From Candidatus Woesearchaeota archaeon (GTDB lineage: Archaea; Nanobdellota; Nanobdellia; Woesearchaeales; GCA-2686295), in contig JADHVI010000002.1 in assembly GCA_016784125.1 (NCBI GenBank), forward strand, positions 35,653 to 99,652: a DNA stretch of 64,000 nt, read 5' to 3'. The notes under the pieces were generated by a model. The model was given only the letters and a program-made list of their open reading frames with translations, was not told the DNA's origin and made no database searches. Position 1 is the first letter of the stretch; every line of letters starts with the position of its first letter. This document shows positions 19,330 through 26,991 of the stretch, one piece after another. The position numbers and the translations under genes are program-made.

Positions 19330-19926
19330 ATGAAAAACGAAGAAAATTGTGATTGCTATGAAGTTGCAGACATAAATAAACCAGCGCCTGCATTCACAGC
19401 AGAAGCATTCCACAAAGAACAAATAAAAAAAATTAATTTAGAAGATTACAAAGGAAAATGGGTTGTACTATACTTCTACCCAGCAGACTTCACATTTATC
19501 TGCCCAACTGAATTAGGAGATATGGCAGATCACTACGAAGAATTAAAAAAGATGAATGTAGAAGTATTATCAGTATCAACCGATACAGTTTTTGTTCATA
19601 AAGCATGGCATGATGATTCAGAAACCATCAACAAAATCAAATTTCCAATGGTTGCAGACCCAACAGGATTTATCTGCAGAAGTTACGGAACAATGATTGA
19701 AGAAGAAGGATTATCTTTAAGAGGAACATTCATTATCAATCCTGAAGGAGTATTGAAAGCATTCGAAATACACGATAATTCAATCGGAAGATCAGCAAAG
19801 GAATTAATAAGAAAAATACAAGCAGCTCAATACGTCGAAACTCATGGCGGAGAAGTATGCCCTGCAAATTGGAAGCCAGGAGAAAAAACACTGAAACCAA
19901 GTCTCGAACTTGTTGGAAAAATATAG
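19330..19926 (+). CDS. ahpC: typical 2-Cys peroxiredoxin (AhpC/Prx1 type)
   Basis: FYPADFTFICPTE peroxidatic Cys motif and GEVCPANW resolving Cys motif. I chose the ATG at 19330 because AAGGAGG lies 8 nt upstream. Confidence 0.92.
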   Translation: MKNEENCDCYEVADINKPAPAFTAEAFHKEQIKKINLEDYKGKWVVLYFYPADFTFICPTELGDMADHYEELKKMNVEVLSVSTDTVFVHKAWHDDSETINKIKFPMVADPTGFICRSYGTMIEEEGLSLRGTFIINPEGVLKAFEIHDNSIGRSAKELIRKIQAAQYVETHGGEVCPANWKPGEKTLKPSLELVGKI

Positions 19927-20322
19927 GTGATACAAATGTTAGAACAAAATGAAATTTATAAATGTCCACTCTGTGGCAATGTAATTTCAGCACAAGAAGC
20001 TAATGGACCAATCCCAGTTTGTTGCGGACAAACCATGAAGAAGATGCCTGAAATAACAGTCAAAGAGGAAGGCACAGAAAAACACAAACCAGTTGTAAGC
20101 ATTAAAGGCGATAAAGTTATTGTCAATGTTGGCTCAATCGACCACCCAATGGACGAAGATCATTGGATTGAATTCATACAGATCTTAAAAGACGGTAAGG
20201 TTATTGCTGAGAAGAAGCTATATCCAGGTGATAAGCCTAGAGCAGAATTCTTAGTTGAAGATTCAAATAACATTAGATCAAGAGCATATTGCAACATGCA
20301 CGGTTTATGGACAAACGATTAA
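19927..20322 (+). CDS. dfx: desulfoferrodoxin (2Fe superoxide reductase)
   Basis: N-terminal desulforedoxin-type CPLCGN...CCG and a C-terminal SOR site (KHKPV...CNMHGLW). An alternative start is the ATG at 19936. Confidence 0.9.
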   Translation: MIQMLEQNEIYKCPLCGNVISAQEANGPIPVCCGQTMKKMPEITVKEEGTEKHKPVVSIKGDKVIVNVGSIDHPMDEDHWIEFIQILKDGKVIAEKKLYPGDKPRAEFLVEDSNNIRSRAYCNMHGLWTND

Positions 20323-20373
20323 TTTTTTATTTTATTTTAAAGATATTCTGGAGATAATAGAACAATTTCAGCA

Positions 20374-20730
20374 CTAAAAAGCACAATATTTACAATTAGT
20401 TTTCTTGCATGTTTCATTATTACCATGCCACTTCAAAGCCCAGATTTTCATGCTTTTTATAACACTAATAAAAGCTAATCCTTTATCTGTTAGAATGTAC
20501 TGACAAGTAATTGGAAATGCAGAAGTGTCTATATTCTTTTGAACAATATCTAGCTTCTCAAGTTCTTTTAGTCTTGAAGACAATAATTTTGGCGTAATAC
20601 CTGGAATTGAGCGTTTGAGTTCAGAGAATCTTTTGTTAGATGTTCCCTTATATAACTCTTGTAAAATCAACAAAGTCCATTTTTTCCCTATGAAATCAGC
20701 AACTTCATAGATAGTGCATTCTGGTTTCAT
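20374..20730 (-). CDS. HxlR-family winged-helix transcriptional regulator
   Basis: C-x-I-x-x-V-x-D-x-IGKKWTLLILQEL ... FSELKRSIPGITPKLLSSRLKELE is the canonical HxlR pattern. Confidence 0.85.
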   Translation of the reverse strand: MKPECTIYEVADFIGKKWTLLILQELYKGTSNKRFSELKRSIPGITPKLLSSRLKELEKLDIVQKNIDTSAFPITCQYILTDKGLAFISVIKSMKIWALKWHGNNETCKKTNCKYCAF

Positions 20731-20807
20731 TTTGTATAGTAAAGTATTTGTTATTTAAATAAGTATCCTTTTTATAGCTAGTATTATAAAGATATTAATT
20801 CAGTAAG

Positions 20808-21815
20808 TTAAGGCTTATTTTTCTTATGTCTCATCCATAAAAACATTCCCACTATTAAAATAAAAATCAAAAACAATATAATGCTCAAAAGATTCGCATA
20901 CTGCCAACCAATAAGTGCATTCTGAATTGAATAAAAGTATTGCTTTGTACCAAAGACATCCCATGAATTAAATACACTCGTACCCTTAAATATCAGAAGT
21001 ATAAAACCTATGAATAAGAACAAAATACCAGCTATAAAATTAGTTGAATGAATGTGATAAGTTTTATCATCTATCTTAAACTTAAACATTTTACCTTTAA
21101 TAAATCTGCTTTTAGACAAATCAAATTTATCATAAAGCATAGATAAGACAAATAAAGGCACAAGATTGCCAATAGAATAAAACAGCAGAAGCATAGCAGA
21201 ATAAAAAATATTATGAAGCAAAGCACCAATACCAAGAATTCCTGCAAGTATAGGACCTAAGCAAGCAGTCCAACCAATAGCAAAAAATACTCCGAATAAT
21301 AAAGTTCCAGGAATATCATTATTGAATTTTCTATTAGGCTTTATAAAAGAAGCAAAACCTTTGCCAGAGATTGAAACAAGACCCATCAGAATCAAAAAAA
21401 CTCCTGCAAGTGTTACTAACCAATTACTCTGTAATATTGAAAGTGATCGTTCACCAATAAAGCCCGCAATAATACCCATCACTACAAATACTGCTGCAAA
21501 GCCTACAAAAAATACGAGAGTCATCTTAGTGATATTCTTCTTCTCTTTGAATGTATAAGAGAAGTAAGCAGGTAAGAATGGTAAGATACAAGGAGATAAT
21601 ATACCTAAAATACCAGCAACAAAAGCTATGAAAAAAGAGATTTTGACAGAGAAGTCAAGGGTTTGTTGTTGATTTGATTCTATTATCTTCTGTAAACCAA
21701 TAGGTAATTCTGAAGAGTTATCTCCATCATGACTATGATTTTCATGTGCAGTTACAATCGAAGCAAAAGCTACTAAGAAAATCAATAATAACAAAACTGA
21801 AAATAATCTCTTCAT
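20808..21815 (-). CDS. ccdA: CcdA/DsbD-family transmembrane thiol:disulfide electron transporter with His-rich N-terminal segment and C-terminal TM extension
   Basis: A signal peptide is followed by AHENHSHDGDNSS. TM1 motif SPCILPFLPAYFSY and a second Cys helix (GWTACLGPILAG) are typical of CcdA. About 100 extra hydrophobic residues follow at the C-terminus. Confidence 0.8.
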   Translation of the reverse strand: MKRLFSVLLLLIFLVAFASIVTAHENHSHDGDNSSELPIGLQKIIESNQQQTLDFSVKISFFIAFVAGILGILSPCILPFLPAYFSYTFKEKKNITKMTLVFFVGFAAVFVVMGIIAGFIGERSLSILQSNWLVTLAGVFLILMGLVSISGKGFASFIKPNRKFNNDIPGTLLFGVFFAIGWTACLGPILAGILGIGALLHNIFYSAMLLLFYSIGNLVPLFVLSMLYDKFDLSKSRFIKGKMFKFKIDDKTYHIHSTNFIAGILFLFIGFILLIFKGTSVFNSWDVFGTKQYFYSIQNALIGWQYANLLSIILFLIFILIVGMFLWMRHKKNKP

Positions 21816-21820
21816 CTTAT

Positions 21821-22261
21821 TTACTCAACTATTAATTGTCCTCTCATACTACCATGACCAGCTCCACAAGGAACATTACAAAAAAATGTAAATGTTCCAG
21901 TTTTATCGGCTATAAAGTTTACATTCACTTCTTGTCCTGGTTCTAACATTTCATTCACACCGAATTGTGAAAGCATAAAGCCATGAGTTACATCGACACT
22001 CTTTATGTGTAATTCCACGTTATCACCAAGATTCACTCTAATCTCAGAAGGTTCAAAGTTCCAATTTCTGGCAATGAGATCAAATTCTCTCACTTCACCT
22101 GAGAACTTGTCATCTCCATTAGCAACATCAGTTGCTTGAGAGTCAATTGTTTGTTGATTACAAGCAACTAGCAATAATAGACTGGCAAGTAATAATATTA
22201 ATTTTTTGTTTTGCAATTTTGTCACCTCATTAAAAAAAATAAAAAAATTATGGTTGAACAA
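21821..22261 (-). CDS. stand-alone cupredoxin lipoprotein with CuA-type metal site
   Basis: Lipobox LLLVAC. The spacing H-x34-C-x3-C-x3-H-x2-M (THGF...FFCNVPCGAGHGSM), counted by hand, matches the binuclear CuA consensus. Confidence 0.75.
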   Translation of the reverse strand: MFNHNFFIFFNEVTKLQNKKLILLLASLLLLVACNQQTIDSQATDVANGDDKFSGEVREFDLIARNWNFEPSEIRVNLGDNVELHIKSVDVTHGFMLSQFGVNEMLEPGQEVNVNFIADKTGTFTFFCNVPCGAGHGSMRGQLIVE

Positions 22262-23399
22262 TTTCTCCTGTCGTCAAGTCCTTATATGGTTGTCTAGAAA
22301 CGTCCACTAACCTAAATACATAAGTACCATCAGTTTCTACTGTGCCAACATCCTTCCACGCGCTAACAATAACAGAATAAGCACCAACATCACCTTCCAA
22401 TATAATCGTAGGAACTTTTACAATGTTATATTTTTCAATTAATGCTTGACCTTCTGAAGTAGAAATATCAACTGATTTTTCCTCTCCGAAAACAGCACCC
22501 ATATTTACCAAAATTGGTTTATGAAAACTATTTGGATCATAACATTCAGTACATGTTTCATCTGTTATGACAGTCATTGAAAGCAAACCAACAACTCTAT
22601 TCTCGGTTAAATCAACATAAGGAGGAGTTAATAATCTAGTCACATAATAACCGTTTGATTCCACACTTCCCAGTTGATTCCAACTACCAGTAATACCTGA
22701 ACCATAAATTTCCAAATCACTTGACAATATTAAAGTTGGAATTGTTTGTATGTTATATTGAGATATTAACACTTGACCTTCAACACTGTTCATTTCAATC
22801 GTACGCTCATCAGTAATAACTACTCCAGATTGTTTCACACTATTTAACAAAACATCCAAATTATAACAATTGTCGCACGAAGAATCTTGAACTAATATTG
22901 TTAATACTCTTCCTTGTAATTCGCCAGAAACTGCATCAGTATATGGCGGTATGAGCGATCTAAAGACTAAAGCATCATCCTGAAGTTCCATATTTCTAAT
23001 AGAAGTCTTGTTAATTTGACCAAACAATAATACACTTGGAATCTTTTCTATTCCATATTCAGAAATCAGTTCTTTTGCTTCTTCTGAATCAAAGTTTAAA
23101 GATTGTTCTTGTGTTATATTTACGTGAGACTTCTTGATAGTATCAATAATTGGTTGAATATCAAAACAATCATTGCAACTATAATCCGTTATAGTTATCA
23201 TTTGTAGCTCAGCAGGTTTGGTTGCTTCTTTTACCACTGCAAGTCTCTCATCAAGCAAACTATCAAAAGAAGATGTTTGCACAATATTAAATATGGCTAC
23301 CAGTATCAAAACGATTCCCAATACTAAATAGTAATTTTTATGAGAGTTGACTTGTTTGCTGGTTTTTTTAGCGTTTTTCTTATTTTCCATTAACATCAC
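22248..23399 (-). CDS. membrane-anchored protein with three tandem thioredoxin-like CxxC repeats
   Basis: A basic N-tail and one TM are followed by three repeats of about 100 aa. Each repeat has ITD-x-x-CxxC(F/Y) (CNDC, CDNC, CTEC) and a downstream (I/V)P(S/T)(V/L/I)(L/I)L cis-Pro-like element. Confidence 0.7.
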   Translation of the reverse strand: MMLMENKKNAKKTSKQVNSHKNYYLVLGIVLILVAIFNIVQTSSFDSLLDERLAVVKEATKPAELQMITITDYSCNDCFDIQPIIDTIKKSHVNITQEQSLNFDSEEAKELISEYGIEKIPSVLLFGQINKTSIRNMELQDDALVFRSLIPPYTDAVSGELQGRVLTILVQDSSCDNCYNLDVLLNSVKQSGVVITDERTIEMNSVEGQVLISQYNIQTIPTLILSSDLEIYGSGITGSWNQLGSVESNGYYVTRLLTPPYVDLTENRVVGLLSMTVITDETCTECYDPNSFHKPILVNMGAVFGEEKSVDISTSEGQALIEKYNIVKVPTIILEGDVGAYSVIVSAWKDVGTVETDGTYVFRLVDVSRQPYKDLTTGEIVQP

Positions 23400-23422
23400 C
23401 TGGTTTAGTTAAAAAAATTATT

Positions 23423-23647
23423 TTAACAACCGCCCACCATTGTTGGTAGATTTTGTATGCTTGTTGGCAAAGCTGCGGGTTGACTACCGCTGCCTCCTGA
23501 TGATAACGGCGTTGTGCTAGTTGAAGAGCCAATTGATAGATCTTCATTAGCGATTTCTGATTTTAAATTGTTTAATTGAACTGCTTGAACGATTGACAGC
23601 ACCACAAGTACTACCATCACCACAGTTACTATTGTTGTTGATTTCAT
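23423..23647 (-). CDS. small membrane-anchored protein ending in NLPTMVGGC-COOH
   Basis: 74 aa with a GAGGTG SD 7 nt upstream. It has an N-terminal TM, a Ser/Thr/Gly linker, and a C-terminal tail shared with the 258-aa protein. Confidence 0.6.
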   Translation of the reverse strand: MKSTTIVTVVMVVLVVLSIVQAVQLNNLKSEIANEDLSIGSSTSTTPLSSGGSGSQPAALPTSIQNLPTMVGGC

Positions 23648-23661
23648 TTTTTTACACCTCG

Positions 23662-24105
23662 TTAGTATTCACATCCTGTAAGCTCAGCCAATCTTTCAAA
23701 AGATTGAACACGCTCATATTCCTGACCATCTATTACCCATGTTGGTCTTAGATTAAGGTCTTCTTCAATTTCATAATTAATATATTTGAATGATTTACCA
23801 AACATCTGTTTTTGACCATTCGTATATTGACACCAATCTTCACCATACATCACAGCGCCCTTCTCTGTTAAACATTTAGCAAAGTTATCCCAGTTACCAG
23901 GTTTTTGGCTTGAATAAACACCGAATATTACTAATAAAATAACTATTGCCAAAGAAACAAAACCAATTGTTTTATTTCTTCTACTTCTGGAAACTTTGTT
24001 AGTTTTGAAAAGTTTATCTCGCTGTTTCCTATTAGATTCCACCTGTTCACTGGCAGCCTTCTGATTCTCTAATCGACGTTTTCTTCTCTCATTTTTTGAC
24101 ACCAT
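23662..24105 (-). CDS. membrane-anchored thioredoxin-like protein with a single active-site Cys (VKOR-associated Trx-domain type)
   Basis: GAVMYGEDWCQYTNGQKQMFG ... RPTWVIDGQEY ... LAELTGC resembles the Trx-like domain fused to VKOR homologues (YGA-WC-x-HC-x-x-QK), but CxxC is reduced to C-Q-Y-T. Confidence 0.6.
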   Translation of the reverse strand: MVSKNERRKRRLENQKAASEQVESNRKQRDKLFKTNKVSRSRRNKTIGFVSLAIVILLVIFGVYSSQKPGNWDNFAKCLTEKGAVMYGEDWCQYTNGQKQMFGKSFKYINYEIEEDLNLRPTWVIDGQEYERVQSFERLAELTGCEY

Positions 24106-24125
24106 TTTTTATGCGTTTTATGCGT

Positions 24126-24299
24126 TTATCCGCAGCCCCCTCCGACGTAATCTGAACTTGGCGGTGGTATAGTGTTTGGGTCTCCCGAAGAACATCCCAC
24201 TACTACTAAGGCTAAGATTACTAACAAAGCCACTACAAATAACATTTTGTTTCTTGCGTATAACAATTTCAAAGAATTGTATATTACACCTATATTCAT
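24126..24299 (-). CDS. small anchored/lipoprotein-like protein ending in YVGGGCG-COOH (not in ORF track)
   Basis: 57 aa: MNIGVIYNSLKLLYARNKMLFVVALLVILALVVVGCSSGDPNTIPPPSSDYVGGGCG. Its ATG is 1 nt after the upstream stop, with GGAGG 8 nt upstream. An alternative start at 24245 gives a 39-aa lipobox (VVGC) form. Confidence 0.45.
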   Translation of the reverse strand: MNIGVIYNSLKLLYARNKMLFVVALLVILALVVVGCSSGDPNTIPPPSSDYVGGGCG

Positions 24300-24300
24300 T

Positions 24301-25077
24301 TTAACAACCTCCTACCATTCCTGGTAAATTATCCAAAGCAGATGTATCTCCACCCGCAACAGTCATTCCTAACTCAATCATGTTCTTTGGAAAGAATAGT
24401 GTCTTCCACTTTATTACTTCTCGCAATATTTCTCCATCATTGTAATCAGTGTAAGCTGTTAAGTAAAGAGTCACTGATAGAAGAGCAGGGTTATGTTGAC
24501 AACCACATTTAGAGTTGCCGTTCTTGTCAGCGCCTGCAGGGCCAATTCCACAACAATATTCACATGAAACTCCATATGGATTTGAAGCGAGATTTATGTA
24601 TCTCTGGAATGCTTCTGGATTACTTTGTTTTACTTCTGATTTCAATCCTTCAAACATCCTTGCCAGAGTTGCTAATGAAGTAACTGGATCATCAAAGTTT
24701 ACTCCTAACGCATCTCCATACTCAGGTGTTCCTGTTGGAAATAAAATAGCCATTGCATCTTCTGCAGTGTATATATTCTCTACAGGAAAAACTGCCGCAA
24801 TAGCATGACCTGTTGATGTTATCTTTGATAAGTCAAGATCTAAAAGATCAGTTCCGCCAGCATTAATTGATCTTGCACTAACAGAATTTAAATCACCAGA
24901 GATACTGTTTATTTGTGTTTGATTAAAAATCATTACTACAAGTACTAAGACAAACAAACCAATGATTGGCATTGTAAGTGCGTTCTCTGTCTTTTTCGTT
25001 TTGGCTTTTGTTGTTTTAGTTGTCGTTTTAGCTTTAGTTTTCGTTTCCGCTTTTATTTTTGTTTTTCCTTTTTCCAT
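24301..25077 (-). CDS. membrane-anchored Cys-rich protein ending in NLPGMVGGC-COOH
   Basis: 258 aa with a Lys/Thr-rich cytoplasmic tail, one TM, the Cys cluster SCEYCCGIGPAGADKNGNSKCGCQHNP, and the same C-terminal tail as the 74-aa protein. Confidence 0.65.
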   Translation of the reverse strand: MEKGKTKIKAETKTKAKTTTKTTKAKTKKTENALTMPIIGLFVLVLVVMIFNQTQINSISGDLNSVSARSINAGGTDLLDLDLSKITSTGHAIAAVFPVENIYTAEDAMAILFPTGTPEYGDALGVNFDDPVTSLATLARMFEGLKSEVKQSNPEAFQRYINLASNPYGVSCEYCCGIGPAGADKNGNSKCGCQHNPALLSVTLYLTAYTDYNDGEILREVIKWKTLFFPKNMIELGMTVAGGDTSALDNLPGMVGGC

Positions 25078-25196
25078 TTTTTTAAATCCTCTACCCGTTT
25101 TAAAAATGTCTTAAATAGTTAAAAAGTCATCTTATATTTAAAAAGAATGCAATATTAGTGAAAAAATAGGGAAAATTTATAAATCACTTTTAGGTT

Positions 25197-26963
25197 TTGG
25201 AACTTCAGGGGGAAAAAATAGTGAAAATTAATCGACCATTTGTAATCCTATTAATATCATTAATAATGTTAGTTATAATAGGCGTAGTTGTATTTACTAA
25301 TGTTCTCTCATTCAGAAATATAGAATCAGTTCTAATAAATCAGTTAAAAGAAAATCAGTTGACTCAAACAGAGTTTGCAGCTTCTCAAATAGAAGATTAT
25401 GTACTCCAAGTAAAAAACGAGTTGATAACACTAAGCAAGTTTCCAGACATAGATTCCTTCAATATGAATGAATGCAATGGCGATATGTCCATAGTTCATG
25501 GGGATATAGAAGGAAAAATAAATAATCTATTAAGAGTTGAAAAAGATGGAACCGTAATTGAATGTTCATCACCAATTTATTCTAATTTTGTCGGTTTGAA
25601 CATACAAAATAAGGATTATTTTCGGATCCCTAAAGAAACAAATGAGCCGTTCATAGATAGTTCTATTAGACAAGGAAACATGAGACAGATAATCATCGCA
25701 GCACCTCTTTTTGAAACAACAGAGTATACTCCTTATCCAAATTTTCTTGGTCGGTTTGAAGGTTTACTGTTGAGTATCATCGAAGTTAATACACTTTACA
25801 ATATGTACATACACCCAATAGCAGATCCTGAAAAAAGCTCTTTCTTATTAATCAGTTTGGAGACTGGCGAGACTATTCTTAAAAGTAATAATATGGCAGA
25901 ATACTCTGAGATCAAGAATGATATTCCAATAAAAAGCAGACAGTTGAGTGCAATCAGTAATTTTAATGGTTTCGGAGAAACAATCTTTACTTCATCAGAT
26001 ATGATTCTAGGCTCTGAAACTTGGAGATTAATTGTTTTAACACCTCTGGAAAATATAGAGGAAAATGTGGGGAGTGTTCAAAAAAGACATTTTTTCATTC
26101 TAGGATTTGTAATAGTTGTAATCATTGCATTGTTCTTTTTTATGATAACACTTTACAAGTCAAAAGAAAAAGTACAACTAAAATTAGATAGAGCCAATGT
26201 AACCTTAGAACAGTTAGGCATCAATATTGAAACTGAAACAGACAAATACAATCAAGCAGATATAACTCTTGAACCAAAAAAAATATACTTAATAAAAGAA
26301 GACGACGAAAATCATGCACATGAATTGTTTATAGATTCTCTTAATAAGGGATTTGCAGGTCTTGGAATTGTAAGAGAAAATCCACGCGAGCTTAGAAAAA
26401 AGTACAATTTACAAAAAACTTCTTTCATATGGATGACAGATACTAAAACTGTAGATATTCCTACAGAAATGAAGATAGATAACTTGTACAGGTTAATCTC
26501 AGAGTTTGTCAAGAAGAGCAAAAAGTGTGTCATTCTAATAGATAGACTTGATTATATTTTATCCGAGAACAGCTTCGAAGATGTCATAAAGAGAATTCAT
26601 TCTTTGAAAGATTTGGCATTATCAAATAATTGCATAATAATAATCTCTGTTAATCCAGAACTGGTTCCTGATGTTCAGCTTAAAGCAGTAGAAACTGAGA
26701 CAATCGATTTGTATGGAAAACATCTAAGTGATAAAGTGAATCTTTCTGAGATGGAGTTTGAAATGCTAAAACTTGTGAATGAATATAATACTACAAATAA
26801 GCTAATATCTTACAAAGACATTACAAGTAAATTCAATATTACAAAGCCAACAACAAGAGCAAAGATTAACAACTTGCAAAATCTTAGTTTAATACAAGTA
26901 GAACAGAGAGGAAGGTTTAAATCTCTTAAAATCACGTCGACAGGAAGAAGAATTATAGGTTAA
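25197..26963 (+). CDS. membrane-bound one-component sensor/regulator: extracytoplasmic sensor domain - TM - DUF835 - winged helix
   Basis: Two TM segments flank an external domain of about 260 aa. The DUF835-like core is GLGIVRENPRELRKKY...FIWMTD...CVILIDRLDYIL. A C-terminal wHTH follows (ISYKDITSKFNITKPTTRAKINNLQNLSLI). An alternative start is the GTG at 25221, 8 nt after GGGGG. Confidence 0.7.
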   Translation: MELQGEKIVKINRPFVILLISLIMLVIIGVVVFTNVLSFRNIESVLINQLKENQLTQTEFAASQIEDYVLQVKNELITLSKFPDIDSFNMNECNGDMSIVHGDIEGKINNLLRVEKDGTVIECSSPIYSNFVGLNIQNKDYFRIPKETNEPFIDSSIRQGNMRQIIIAAPLFETTEYTPYPNFLGRFEGLLLSIIEVNTLYNMYIHPIADPEKSSFLLISLETGETILKSNNMAEYSEIKNDIPIKSRQLSAISNFNGFGETIFTSSDMILGSETWRLIVLTPLENIEENVGSVQKRHFFILGFVIVVIIALFFFMITLYKSKEKVQLKLDRANVTLEQLGINIETETDKYNQADITLEPKKIYLIKEDDENHAHELFIDSLNKGFAGLGIVRENPRELRKKYNLQKTSFIWMTDTKTVDIPTEMKIDNLYRLISEFVKKSKKCVILIDRLDYILSENSFEDVIKRIHSLKDLALSNNCIIIISVNPELVPDVQLKAVETETIDLYGKHLSDKVNLSEMEFEMLKLVNEYNTTNKLISYKDITSKFNITKPTTRAKINNLQNLSLIQVEQRGRFKSLKITSTGRRIIG

Positions 26964-26967
26964 AAGC

Positions 26968-26991
26968 TTTCACTAATTTTTCACTATTTTT
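26968..26991 (+). promoter_or_regulatory. two 11-bp-phased direct repeats TTTCACTA(A/T)TTTT upstream of the copper-island promoter
   Basis: 26968-26980 and 26979-26991 differ at one base. A third TCACTAT at 27014-27020 lies just beyond the TATTTATATAT box. The same 10-mer occurs inverted at 25154-25163, in the sensor gene promoter. Confidence 0.25.

Noticed and set aside
23423-23449. Reading NLPTMVGGC as a sortase LPXTG sorting signal
   Set aside because: LPXTG signals are followed by a hydrophobic helix and a basic tail. Here the protein ends three residues after the would-be cleavage site, the host looks archaeal, and no sortase gene is present in the window.
24111-24128. 9-nt tandem duplication ATGCGTTT(T/A) x2 between the 57-aa ORF and the Trx-like gene
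   Set aside because: It has only two short copies in an intergenic spacer. This is most simply a slippage scar, and no structure or function is evident.
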